Below, one piece after another: positions 1 to 10,500 of a stretch of 64,000 nt of DNA. The DNA is taken from the IMG/VR virus record IMGVR_UViG_2061766007_000800; one strand, 5' to 3'. Under the pieces are notes generated by a model, which was not told the origin of the DNA, did not search any database, and saw only the letters and a program-made list of their open reading frames with translations. Numbering within the stretch: position 1 is the first letter of the stretch; every line of letters starts with the position of its first letter. The position numbers and the translations under genes are program-made. The stretch is from an uncultured virus (IMG/VR IMGVR_UViG_2061766007_000800). Lineage: Duplodnaviria > Heunggongvirae > Uroviricota > Caudoviricetes.

Positions 1-21
1 TTTAAGCTCCCCTTTATTTTT

Positions 22-3000
22 TTAATAGAATATAATATTATAGTAAACAATCATTTTGTTTTCAAATTCTATATAGCTATTTCCCCAAGGTGTTTCATAA
101 TTATAATTAACATAACTATTAACACAATAAGTTATTCTATCTGAACTTTCTTGTTCTATTGAAACGATTTCCGCATCCCAATAATTATTGGTAGTATAAG
201 GGAAATTCCTACTAGCATTCCAAAACATTTGGTCAAATGCTCTATGAGCATTTTGTTTTAAGTAAGTACCTAAAGAAGTACCAGACTTTACATAAAGATT
301 TGCAACAGTATTGGTACTGTCTATATATTCCCAAGACTGAGAATTTACCAGTGTAGTTGTCCAAGGTTGTCTATTCAATAAATTATTGATAGCAGTACTT
401 CCACTATAATATCTATTTACTACAAAATTACGACAACCTCTTATACCATATAATTGATAAGTTGAAGGGTTAACAATAATATTGTTACCACCTCTAAAAA
501 GAGCATTTGCTAAATTTGCAGTAGTTAATGATGCGGTAGTAGATAAATCTAAATCACCATCAAAATTATATTGACCACCAGAGAAATTATAACTGGTTGC
601 TCCAGGGAACTGAGCAAGGTTTAAATTACTAGATATTCTAAAAGGTATAGTATTACAATTATAAAATACAGTTCCGTCTCCAATATAGTAATTAGTACCA
701 TTCATATAAGATAAACTACCAAAAAGAAAAGACGTATTATAAAAAGTAAGACCTCCTTTTATAAATACATTAACACTACAGTTGTTACCAGGTCCAATAG
801 GTTCTCCTGTTGAATAATTATATCTAAAGGCGGGGGTGCTTGCAAAATATTTTACATTATTAAAGGCTTTATTTGAATTAATATAAATATTAACCGCACA
901 ATCTCCTTTAAAATCAAAAATATAATTAACATTACTAAAGTAAACATTACTTGTTTCTTCGAAATGAAAATCTTGTGTAACATTTACTAAATTACTAAAT
1001 AAAACATTTACAGTATTATAAGTAATATTACCATTTCTTCCGCCTAAGAAAGTATTCCATAAATCAATATATCCACAATCAACATAATTAAGAAGATAAC
1101 CATCAAGCATAGGCTGTCTATTGTTTGAATTTTGGAATCCTTTACTGTAATATAAATTAGTTCTACTTGGAAAGAACTGAATAGATTTGATAGTTTGATT
1201 ATTTTGAACTCTAATATTATTAAAACCAGGATAGTAATTACAACAAGCGATAGATGTAGTAGAGAAATTTATTTGTACATTATTATTTATAGAAGTAACC
1301 ATATCTACATATAAATGTTCAGGAACGAAATTTTCATAATATGTACTATCAACAGTATAGTTGCTAGACTGTCCTCTGAAACCAAAACCAATTTTACATT
1401 GATTTTGTTGCTTAGTAGGATTTTCTACATCATAAATAAAATTAAAATAAACATTTCTATGAGTCGAAAGAATAGGCGCTTTTAAATCATTTCCCCAAAA
1501 ATAATAAGTGTCAGAGTTATAATTACGTTCATCTCCATTATCACCTTTTATAGTGATATAATTTATAGAAATATCTTCTGGGGTTACACATCCGGGAAAA
1601 CTAACTCTATACTCTACACCTTGGCTATAAGAAACACCTGTACCGCCTTTCTCAGTAAAATTACCAATTAATCTTTGATTAAAGTTTTCGCACCAAGGAA
1701 AGCCTACTAATCTATATTCTTGAGTCCACCATTTTGTATTAAAAGCTAAAGACTCTGGTGAATCAAAGAAATAATTTAAAACAGGCTGATTAAAATTATT
1801 ACAGTTTGTAATAAACCAAGCACTAAAACTTGTTCTATTAAAACAATTTTGTGTTCCATAACTTCTATCATAATTTCTATAATTTGCTTTAGCAAAATCT
1901 GAAGTTAAAGGTATAAAATGTTGTTGAATAGGATAATTAAAACTAGGTAAATTAGCATAAAAACCACCTATTCCAACACTACTATTACTATTGTTAAAAA
2001 CAGCTACGTAAAGGTGTTTAGGTGTATTGTTCAAATCTCTTATATCAAAAAATTTATTATAGTTAATAGCACCACTTATAAAATGAGAAGCTCCACCAAA
2101 ATAACTTGCATATAAGTAATCAGTATATTTAAGAATATAATATTCATTATCCCAAGTATCTTCAACAATTTCATAATTTAAGTTGGTTGAGAAGTTTTCA
2201 AAATCTTCTTTTCTAATTTTAGTTCCACACCATCCATCTACATTTGATATGATAATGTTAGAATTAAAAGCATAACAATTTTCTAAAAAATTATCAGAGA
2301 AACTTGTTAAGTTATAACATTGTTCAAAAATAATAGGAACATCTAATCTGTAACAGTTTTCAAAGAAACTTCTTCCTTCACACCATGTTGTTCGTTGAGA
2401 GTTATATTGTCTTCCCATCCTTAAGAAACGGAAGGTGTATTCTTCATTACCTTGTTGATTTTCTCCTAAATAATAACAATTTCTAAATGCTCCAGAACCT
2501 CTTGCATCATGGTTACTATAATAAATACCTGCATTACTATCTAATACATCAAGACCATTTAAAAATTTTGGAATATAAGTTAATTTTTTACAATCTGCAA
2601 AAGCATTTCTCATACTCCAAACAGTTTTACCAAATATTAAAGGTTGATTAAAATTACCACATCCATTGAAACAACTATTAATATCTGTTGCATGAATAAC
2701 ATTTAAAGGTTGATTAAAATTATAGCAACGCTCAAAAGTTTGATTTAAACTGCTAACACCAACAAAATTAGGTATAATTGCAGGGTTAAAATTATAACAA
2801 TTTCTAAACATATCATTTGCATATACAGTTGAAGAACCATTATGATAATTATAAAAATTATTATTTGTATTTGCATCTTGAAGATTGTTATAATAAAAGA
2901 TATTATATCCTATGTTATCTAAAACAGAACAAAGTTCTTTGTTATATTCTTGATATCCATAAGTATTAAAAAGATACCAATAACCATTAAAGTGAGAAGT

Positions 3001-6000
3001 CATATTTGTTATAAACAGATTACAATTCTTTATATTAGAATTTAAAACTCTACAATCATCAAAAGCACCCGAAGCATCTGTAACTGATAAACAATTAAAA
3101 TCAATTTCTTTATTAAAAATACTACTTATTCCATTACTCCATAAAAAGTGACTTATATCTCTTGTTTTTTCTATGTAAGAAAAATTTATATTAGAATTAT
3201 AAGCTGCACAGTTAACAAGAGCACCTACTATATTTTCTGTGTTTTTAAAATCTGTTTCTTGATTATATTTAGTGCATCCACTAAATATATATTGTGCGAA
3301 CTGTAAAGTGTTTGGAAAATAAAATTTTTGATTAAAGTTTTTAGCACCTTCAAAAAGACCTTTTAAACTTAAAACACCATCACCAACTAAAGGAGAAGTA
3401 TTTAAGTTATTGCATTGTTTAAATATGTAATTTGCATATTCCACAGAGCCAGGGATAATTAATGGGGCATTAAAATTAGAGCAATTGTAAATTAAATTTT
3501 CAATTTTCGTAACTGTGGAAGGAATTGAAATACTATTATTAAATCTTAAACAGTTAAGCACAACACTTTGTAAACTTGTCGTTCCATAAGAAAAACTTAT
3601 AAGACTATTAAAATTATTACAAGTTGTTAGTAAAGAATTAACAGCAAAATAAGGAATATCATTCTGTCCATTCATATAATAAGAAGAAGGATATTCTTTT
3701 CTGTTATTCCATAAATTTATTAAATCTGAACGACTTTTTATCAAATTGTTTAATTGACTTTTAAATTCACTATTATTCTCTTCAAATTTATATATTAAAC
3801 TTCCTTTGTAAGCCCAATTAGGATTTAATTCATTAAAGCCATTATCTACTAAAAGAACACAATTTGCTAAACCGTTTACATATGAAGAGCTAGTCTGGTC
3901 GGTATTGGGCCATTCACCTAAAACTAAATAATACTTTACTGGAGCTTGACCCATCAAATTTCGATAACTATCTATATTAAAAGTAACAGAAGGCAAACTT
4001 AAAGGTTGATTAAAGTTATCACAATTTTCGATTCTAAAACCTCCAGACTCGCCATGTATTTCATTTACATTATAGAAAATTATATTTCCATTAAATTTAT
4101 TACTACCATAGATATTGAAATTAGCTCCATTAACTGTATTCATCCATGTTTGAGTATATTGATTAAAATAATTATTAGGTTGCCAAAAGTTAATATCACC
4201 GTTTTTAAAAATAATATCATTAACATTTGTATTATAAAAAGTGGGTTGCCAACCGCTTGCGGAATATATATTACCATTATTACATTCTATTATAATAGAA
4301 TTTATATAATAATTTCCATCATTTCCAATATCTTTACCTTTGATATTTAAGAAAGGAGAGCCTAAATAACCAAATCCTTCTTGAATGAGTATACCATTTT
4401 GAATTGTACTACCATTTAAAATATTTTTACCTTCCTTAATAGAACCAGGAATGACAAAAGTTTCAATTTGAATATTAGGACAACCATTAAATATTCCACT
4501 AATCTTTTCTACGTGAGGTGGCCAACGAAGGGTCTCTTCATTAACGATTTTATTTAAATTACTACAACCATTAAAGGTATTTTCCATATTTACTAATTTA
4601 GTGTACATAGAAAAATCTAATGGTAATCCACCGTAATTAAAATTGCTACAACCACTAAATAAATTATTAGTAGATACAATATTTAAAGGTAATTGAACTA
4701 CTTGGTCAAAATTACTACATCCATAAAAAACACCCTCAAGAGATGTTATATTACTTGGGAAGGTAACAGGAATATTAAAGTTTGAACAGTTACCAAAAAG
4801 ATAATCACAACACTCAAGATTAGGATACTCCTCTAAGTTAAAAGTCCAATCATCATATTGACCAGTAAATAATATACAACTATTAAAAGTTCTATAAAGA
4901 TTTTTTACTGTTGAAGGGAAATTAACAGGTGCGTCCCATCTACCACAGCCATTTAAAAACCAAGCTGCATCTTCAATTTGAGTATTTTCTAATCCAACAA
5001 ATTTTACTTTGTTAATACTACCTTGCCAATTACTTCCATATAAATTAGCAAACATACCACAAGCATTTTTTAAGTTAGCGGGCATATAAATATTCAATTC
5101 TTCTTCGTCATTTACATAGCCATAACAAAACGCCCAAGCTGCATTTTCAATATTTTCTTTTAATATATTATTAAAGAAAGTTTCTCCACCTAAATTAGCG
5201 TAGTTAGTACCACCTGAACATAAAAGAAAAGAAATATCTTTAACGGTATTAGGTATATCTAAAGGTCTATTAAGATTACAACCTACGAGCATACCTTGTA
5301 AACTTTCAAGCTGACTTCCTTCTTCAAAGATAAAATGTGTATTATTATATCTACTACAAGAAGAAAAAGATGTTTGCATAGGATTATATGTATAATTCTG
5401 AAAGAAATTCCACATATAATTATTATTTGGTGATATATTTACATTTGCAAAAGCAAAACTGATATTTTTTACAGTATTAGGAATAATATAATCATTATTA
5501 TTCCATTCTCCTGCATAATATCCAGAAAATCCTCCACAGCATAAAAAGAAACTAGCATCTTCTACACTACGAGGAATATTAATTCTTATACCAACATTAC
5601 AACCACTAAACATTTTGCTTGCATTAATAATTGTATTAGGTAATCCAGTAGGAAAATGACTATCAAATTCTTGTTGACTAAGAAGATTTCCGTATCCCCA
5701 AGCAAGTTGAGCAAACATACCAACCGCATTTCTTAAACCATTTCCAAATCTAACTTGATTAGGAAAATTATATCCATAACTAGATGCAAACATATAATTA
5801 GCTTCTGTTAAGGTATCAGGTAAAGTAAATCTAAAATTATTTAAATATCCTGTATTAAAAAAACAAAAAGAAGCATCTTTAAGATTATTTGATAAATGAA
5901 ATTCAATATCATTATTACTTGCAAGAGTATAATTGTCAATTCCAATAGAAGTTAAGGCAAAGGTACCGTTCATATATAAAACAGAATCTGGCACCATGCT

Positions 6001-6663
6001 ATTAAAAAATCTTTTATCTTCATTATTTGTATTATAATATTGATTAAGATACCAAGCAATATTACTAGTATAACAATCTAAATATCCACATTTATGCCAT
6101 ACTTCAAAGAGATTTTCATAACTATCTAAAATATAATTATTATTTTCATCCTTTGTTGGACACCAAGTGTTATTACTTCCTCCTGCATGATGAAAAGTAT
6201 TATTCATATCTTTTATATTAGGCGGACAGTTTCTAACAAAATTACATATAATTGGGTATCCTAAATAAGCATATTTAAACATTCCCGCAGCATTAATAAG
6301 AGAATTAGGGTATCTCATACCCTCTCTGCCTTCAGAGGGGTTAAAATTACCCGCTAAAGAACCATTGGTTCGATAAGCAAAAAGATGTGAAGCATTAGTT
6401 ACGTTTTCAGAAAAAGTTGGATAAGTATATTCATCTCCTCCATTACTTAAAAAATATAAGTAACTAATATCATTTATGTAATTTGGAACAACAGGGTCTT
6501 CTATGATAGGAGAACCAGATGACCCTTTTCCATTAGGGGCATATGTTGTTTGGCTAAAAAGGTTTTTAGCAGAATTATTTTTAAACATAACTCTTTCGTT
6601 ATTATATATAACTTTATAGCCATTAGAAGAGAAAACTCCATTTTTATCACTAAAAGCTCCCAT
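22..6663 (-). CDS. Giant BspA/DUF285-like repeat protein; probable receptor-binding or adhesion tail protein
   Basis: 2213 aa, Asn/Tyr-rich, many F-x-x-C-x-N-FN-x-P-L and 'SHLFA/AGMFA' repeats; at the distal end of the tail module. Confidence 0.6.
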   Translation of the reverse strand: MGAFSDKNGVFSSNGYKVIYNNERVMFKNNSAKNLFSQTTYAPNGKGSSGSPIIEDPVVPNYINDISYLYFLSNGGDEYTYPTFSENVTNASHLFAYRTNGSLAGNFNPSEGREGMRYPNSLINAAGMFKYAYLGYPIICNFVRNCPPNIKDMNNTFHHAGGSNNTWCPTKDENNNYILDSYENLFEVWHKCGYLDCYTSNIAWYLNQYYNTNNEDKRFFNSMVPDSVLYMNGTFALTSIGIDNYTLASNNDIEFHLSNNLKDASFCFFNTGYLNNFRFTLPDTLTEANYMFASSYGYNFPNQVRFGNGLRNAVGMFAQLAWGYGNLLSQQEFDSHFPTGLPNTIINASKMFSGCNVGIRINIPRSVEDASFFLCCGGFSGYYAGEWNNNDYIIPNTVKNISFAFANVNISPNNNYMWNFFQNYTYNPMQTSFSSCSRYNNTHFIFEEGSQLESLQGMLVGCNLNRPLDIPNTVKDISFLLCSGGTNYANLGGETFFNNILKENIENAAWAFCYGYVNDEEELNIYMPANLKNACGMFANLYGSNWQGSINKVKFVGLENTQIEDAAWFLNGCGRWDAPVNFPSTVKNLYRTFNSCILFTGQYDDWTFNLEEYPNLECCDYLFGNCSNFNIPVTFPSNITSLEGVFYGCSNFDQVVQLPLNIVSTNNLFSGCSNFNYGGLPLDFSMYTKLVNMENTFNGCSNLNKIVNEETLRWPPHVEKISGIFNGCPNIQIETFVIPGSIKEGKNILNGSTIQNGILIQEGFGYLGSPFLNIKGKDIGNDGNYYINSIIIECNNGNIYSASGWQPTFYNTNVNDIIFKNGDINFWQPNNYFNQYTQTWMNTVNGANFNIYGSNKFNGNIIFYNVNEIHGESGGFRIENCDNFNQPLSLPSVTFNIDSYRNLMGQAPVKYYLVLGEWPNTDQTSSSYVNGLANCVLLVDNGFNELNPNWAYKGSLIYKFEENNSEFKSQLNNLIKSRSDLINLWNNRKEYPSSYYMNGQNDIPYFAVNSLLTTCNNFNSLISFSYGTTSLQSVVLNCLRFNNSISIPSTVTKIENLIYNCSNFNAPLIIPGSVEYANYIFKQCNNLNTSPLVGDGVLSLKGLFEGAKNFNQKFYFPNTLQFAQYIFSGCTKYNQETDFKNTENIVGALVNCAAYNSNINFSYIEKTRDISHFLWSNGISSIFNKEIDFNCLSVTDASGAFDDCRVLNSNIKNCNLFITNMTSHFNGYWYLFNTYGYQEYNKELCSVLDNIGYNIFYYNNLQDANTNNNFYNYHNGSSTVYANDMFRNCYNFNPAIIPNFVGVSSLNQTFERCYNFNQPLNVIHATDINSCFNGCGNFNQPLIFGKTVWSMRNAFADCKKLTYIPKFLNGLDVLDSNAGIYYSNHDARGSGAFRNCYYLGENQQGNEEYTFRFLRMGRQYNSQRTTWCEGRSFFENCYRLDVPIIFEQCYNLTSFSDNFLENCYAFNSNIIISNVDGWCGTKIRKEDFENFSTNLNYEIVEDTWDNEYYILKYTDYLYASYFGGASHFISGAINYNKFFDIRDLNNTPKHLYVAVFNNSNSSVGIGGFYANLPSFNYPIQQHFIPLTSDFAKANYRNYDRSYGTQNCFNRTSFSAWFITNCNNFNQPVLNYFFDSPESLAFNTKWWTQEYRLVGFPWCENFNQRLIGNFTEKGGTGVSYSQGVEYRVSFPGCVTPEDISINYITIKGDNGDERNYNSDTYYFWGNDLKAPILSTHRNVYFNFIYDVENPTKQQNQCKIGFGFRGQSSNYTVDSTYYENFVPEHLYVDMVTSINNNVQINFSTTSIACCNYYPGFNNIRVQNNQTIKSIQFFPSRTNLYYSKGFQNSNNRQPMLDGYLLNYVDCGYIDLWNTFLGGRNGNITYNTVNVLFSNLVNVTQDFHFEETSNVYFSNVNYIFDFKGDCAVNIYINSNKAFNNVKYFASTPAFRYNYSTGEPIGPGNNCSVNVFIKGGLTFYNTSFLFGSLSYMNGTNYYIGDGTVFYNCNTIPFRISSNLNLAQFPGATSYNFSGGQYNFDGDLDLSTTASLTTANLANALFRGGNNIIVNPSTYQLYGIRGCRNFVVNRYYSGSTAINNLLNRQPWTTTLVNSQSWEYIDSTNTVANLYVKSGTSLGTYLKQNAHRAFDQMFWNASRNFPYTTNNYWDAEIVSIEQESSDRITYCVNSYVNYNYETPWGNSYIEFENKMIVYYNIIFY

Positions 6664-6664
6664 T

Positions 6665-6940
6665 TTATACCTCCATTCCTTCTTTATAGTAAGGCTCTGA
6701 ATCTATTATTGTAGGATAAGATACTCCATCAACTTCAATAGTATCTGGAATAATAATATCCGTTACACCATTTGGTCCAGGTGGATAATCAGCTGCCCAA
6801 TTTTCAAATTTAATACCAGATATATATACAACTCCGCCTACTAAAAAAGCTATGAAATATCTATTATCTATTGGTACAAGCGGGGTGCCCCCTCCGCCAT
6901 CTACTAACATAGCTCTTCTAAGTAATAAGAAATCTATCAT
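6665..6940 (-). CDS. Hypothetical tail-region protein
   Basis: 91-aa ORF with GAGGTG RBS, coupled to neighbours. Confidence 0.6.
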   Translation of the reverse strand: MIDFLLLRRAMLVDGGGGTPLVPIDNRYFIAFLVGGVVYISGIKFENWAADYPPGPNGVTDIIIPDTIEVDGVSYPTIIDSEPYYKEGMEV

Positions 6941-6944
6941 ATTA

Positions 6945-7319
6945 TCACCTCTTTTTCCAAATGCAATTCAAATAAAGGAAAGATAATTCATAAGTTGAAT
7001 TGGGTTCAAAAGTAGGTGCTTCTCCTTGATATGTGATTTCATTTGGGTCATCTGGGTCTGATTTTACAAAGGTTATATTATATAAATTCTCACCAAAAGT
7101 AAGAACTACATAAGTATGACCATGACTTTTAACAGTAATAGTAGTATCAGCTACTGCTGTTACATTAATTAAATCTCCTGTGTTCGCAAACAAATAATTA
7201 TCAATACCACTAAGAGCATCGGTTTGTGCCTGCATTGAATTTACATCAATAGGAGGTCTATATTCAGGATTATCCCAACCCTGAGGGTGTGGGTTTTGAA
7301 ACTGTTTTGTATAAGACAT
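6945..7319 (-). CDS. Hypothetical tail-associated protein
   Basis: 124-aa ORF; TAATG overlap with upstream gene; GGAGG RBS. Confidence 0.6.
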   Translation of the reverse strand: MSYTKQFQNPHPQGWDNPEYRPPIDVNSMQAQTDALSGIDNYLFANTGDLINVTAVADTTITVKSHGHTYVVLTFGENLYNITFVKSDPDDPNEITYQGEAPTFEPNSTYELSFLYLNCIWKKR

Positions 7320-7507
7320 TATTTATTAACCTCCTCTAAATCTTGCGGAGCAGGCTGCTCTTCAGCAGCCTGTTTCCTTGTTTTCAATATAGCATTATAT
7401 TGGTCTTGTAAATCTCTAAAAACATCTTTATAGATATAATAAATACACTCTGCGGGAAGTCCGCAGTTGTTAATTAAATCTGATAATTGTTCTCTTAATT
7501 CTTCCAT
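7319..7507 (-). CDS. Small hypothetical protein
   Basis: 62-aa ORF with AGGAG RBS in tail operon. Confidence 0.6.
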   Translation of the reverse strand: MEELREQLSDLINNCGLPAECIYYIYKDVFRDLQDQYNAILKTRKQAAEEQPAPQDLEEVNK

Positions 7508-7533
7508 AATTATCTCCTTTTATCTCCTTAATT

Positions 7534-10500
7534 TTATTGAGCTGACATAGTCATATAATGAATAGTATCAAAATGAGGTGTTCCATCTATTACGTCTGTT
7601 ACTACTCTCATTTCATTATAACCACAACTACGATTAAGAAATCTAAGATTAGTAGATACTTCCATAGTAGAAGTTCTAACAGTTCCATTACTTAAACTAG
7701 TGTCACCAATTTTAATAGTACCACTCTTTAAAATTTCCATATCTCCAAAACTTAAACCATTACTACTAACCTCTAATCCACCTATAGTACCACCATTACA
7801 AGTTAAATAGTTAGTGGTAATACTACCATTTTTATTGATTCTGAATTTTACCTTTGGGGGTGTAACTGTTGTATCCATAACAACAAGTCCATTTTGGTCA
7901 AGGGTAATACCACCGATTGTACCACTATTAGCTGTAAGGTCTCCATACTCATCAAGCTTAAATGCATCGCCAATGGCAATACCTGCACTACTAATATGAA
8001 TACCAGGACCGGGAGTGTCTATTTCATATTTATATTCGGTATATAAAGCACCATTACGAATAGTAAAGTCACCAATCGCACCTTCAGTAGCTTCAACAAT
8101 ACCTTCAATTCTTGCGCCCTTACAAACAAGCTGACCAGTTTCATCAACTGAAAATGAGCTTCCAATAGTAATACTACCACCATTAATACGAAGTCCATTT
8201 CCTTCAATAATACCATTTCTACGAAGCTGCCAAGATTTTAAACCATCGGCACTTCTACCAGTGATTTCACCATCTTTTTTCATAGTGATTTCACCTTCAC
8301 CTTCAACTCCGCCTTTAATATTATTGCTTGTTATTGTCCAACCACCAATAGTACCTTTTTTAGCAGTTAAATTACCTGTTCTTGTTACTGCAAAAGTATA
8401 ACTAGTTTCGCCATCAATTTCTTCAACTTTACCTAATCTAATACCATGACTTCCAAGGTAAACACCATTGTTGACAAGAGTATCAAAATCTTGGTCTTCA
8501 GGTTCATTATTCTCAATGGTAAATAAAGCATCATCAACAATTTTAAAATCAGCTATCTTACCACTTTTAGCACTTAAATTTCCTCTTTGATCAACCGTAA
8601 AGAATTTACCAAGACGGATACCATCTGTACCGAGATATACACCTGTAGGAGGAATTGTCTCTCCTTCATTGAAATTAAATTTATCTATATTAAATGAAAT
8701 GTGCGCTTGTTCTTGGTTTTGACTATCTATATGACTTGATATTGTCCATTTACGATTACTTCCTAAATTACCAAGCTCTAAAGTTCCTTCTCTAACAACT
8801 TTGAACTTATTACCAAGTCTAATACCATCAGTACCTATATAAATAGTATTTGGTCTATTATCATCAAGGGTTAACGTATTACCATATCTGATATAAGAAT
8901 TTTCATTCTCTGGGTCTGTATTGTTAGCAGAAATTTCCCATTTCTTATTACCATAACCAAGAGTTAATTTATCATCAGCATAACTAAAATACTTACCAAT
9001 ACTAATACCGTCTTCCATTAAACAGAAACCAGGTGATGTACTTGATAAGTTTTTATGACTATTGCTATAAATCTTACCTTTATTATTATCATCTTCATCT
9101 TTAGATACAAGATGAATTTTCTCATTAATACTCTTTAATTCAAAAGGCTCGATTTTCCAACCACCAGATTGACCACTATTAGCGATAACAGCAACACCAT
9201 CCGGACCAACTTTAAATGCGCCAGTACCGAATTCAATAGAAGGTTCTGAAAGGTTAATCATCATACCAGAACCAGTCTGCTCATCGCCACGAACAAAGTT
9301 ACCACCATAAATGACACCTTTATCTTTTGAGCTAGGGTCAAAGATAATTTGTCCGCTACCCGCAATACCAAACTCTGCTCTACCTGTGTCAGCATCAAGT
9401 AAGATTGAACGACGACCAGAAGAATAACCAAGTAAACCAGTTTTCTCTGTATTACCTTCTTTTACAGTACCCATTAAAAGTCCTGTGAAACTATTGTCTC
9501 GATTCTTCTTACCCGCACCAACAAGAGGAGAAAGAATATAACTTTCACCGCTTTCATCTACATATATTTTGTTTCCATCCCAATCATTTAAGAAAGAATA
9601 ACCATATCTATTCATTGAAAAGATAATAGGTTTAATATGTATTAAAGCATGTTCTGCGGAAAGTGAAGTTAAAAGCTTCTCTAAGTCTGCCTTGCGCGCC
9701 TGTAAATTATAAAGTTCAACGGTATCACCATCTGATGAAAGCTGGTCTTCCATCGCTGGATTAAGAATATCAACTCCTAAAATATAATTAGAAGATAAAT
9801 CTTGTAACTTATTTAAAAAATCTTTATATTCTGTACTTGAACTTACTACTTCAAGTCGACTTAATAAAGATACTAGACCACTCTTAAAACCTGTAAATTC
9901 TCCAGGTCTAAGTGCAACTAAGTCAGTTAAATTACTATCATTAACATAGTTATTAACCTGTGTATAAACAAGATGTAGTCTATCTAACTCTTCTTGTGGA
10001 GTTCCATATACACTAATGCTATGAACTAATCTATCATAGTCATTTACATAATTCAATAAATCAGCATTATAAGCAGATACTGCTCTTGCAACTTGGTCAA
10101 ATGTGCCTTGTCCATATTCCTCAACAATTAATGCTTCGGTAACGGGAACTAACTCAATATCCAAATCAGATATATTAGCTTCAGGTATGTCTGCAATATT
10201 TGTTGTCTTTAACAAATTAGCTACAATACTTAAAGCATTTTGTATCCAAGTTTTTCTGTCATTATATACTGTCATATAATCATATTGAGGACTTGGTACT
10301 AAACTTTCACCAAAACAATTTTTATATTCCTCAATATAATTTAATAAATTTTCACAATCTGCTAATAATCTTTCTCTTGTTCCAATGATTGTTGTACGAG
10401 AAAGAGTCCTATTCCAATCTTCAATTAAATAACTTTCACTAAAAGCATTTAACTTATTACGAATACCATCTTTATCTACGATAACTGCTTCACACATTGA

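Noticed and set aside
22..600. DGR variable region in the Asn-rich C-terminus
   Set aside because: No template repeat or reverse transcriptase in this window; cannot be excluded elsewhere in the genome.
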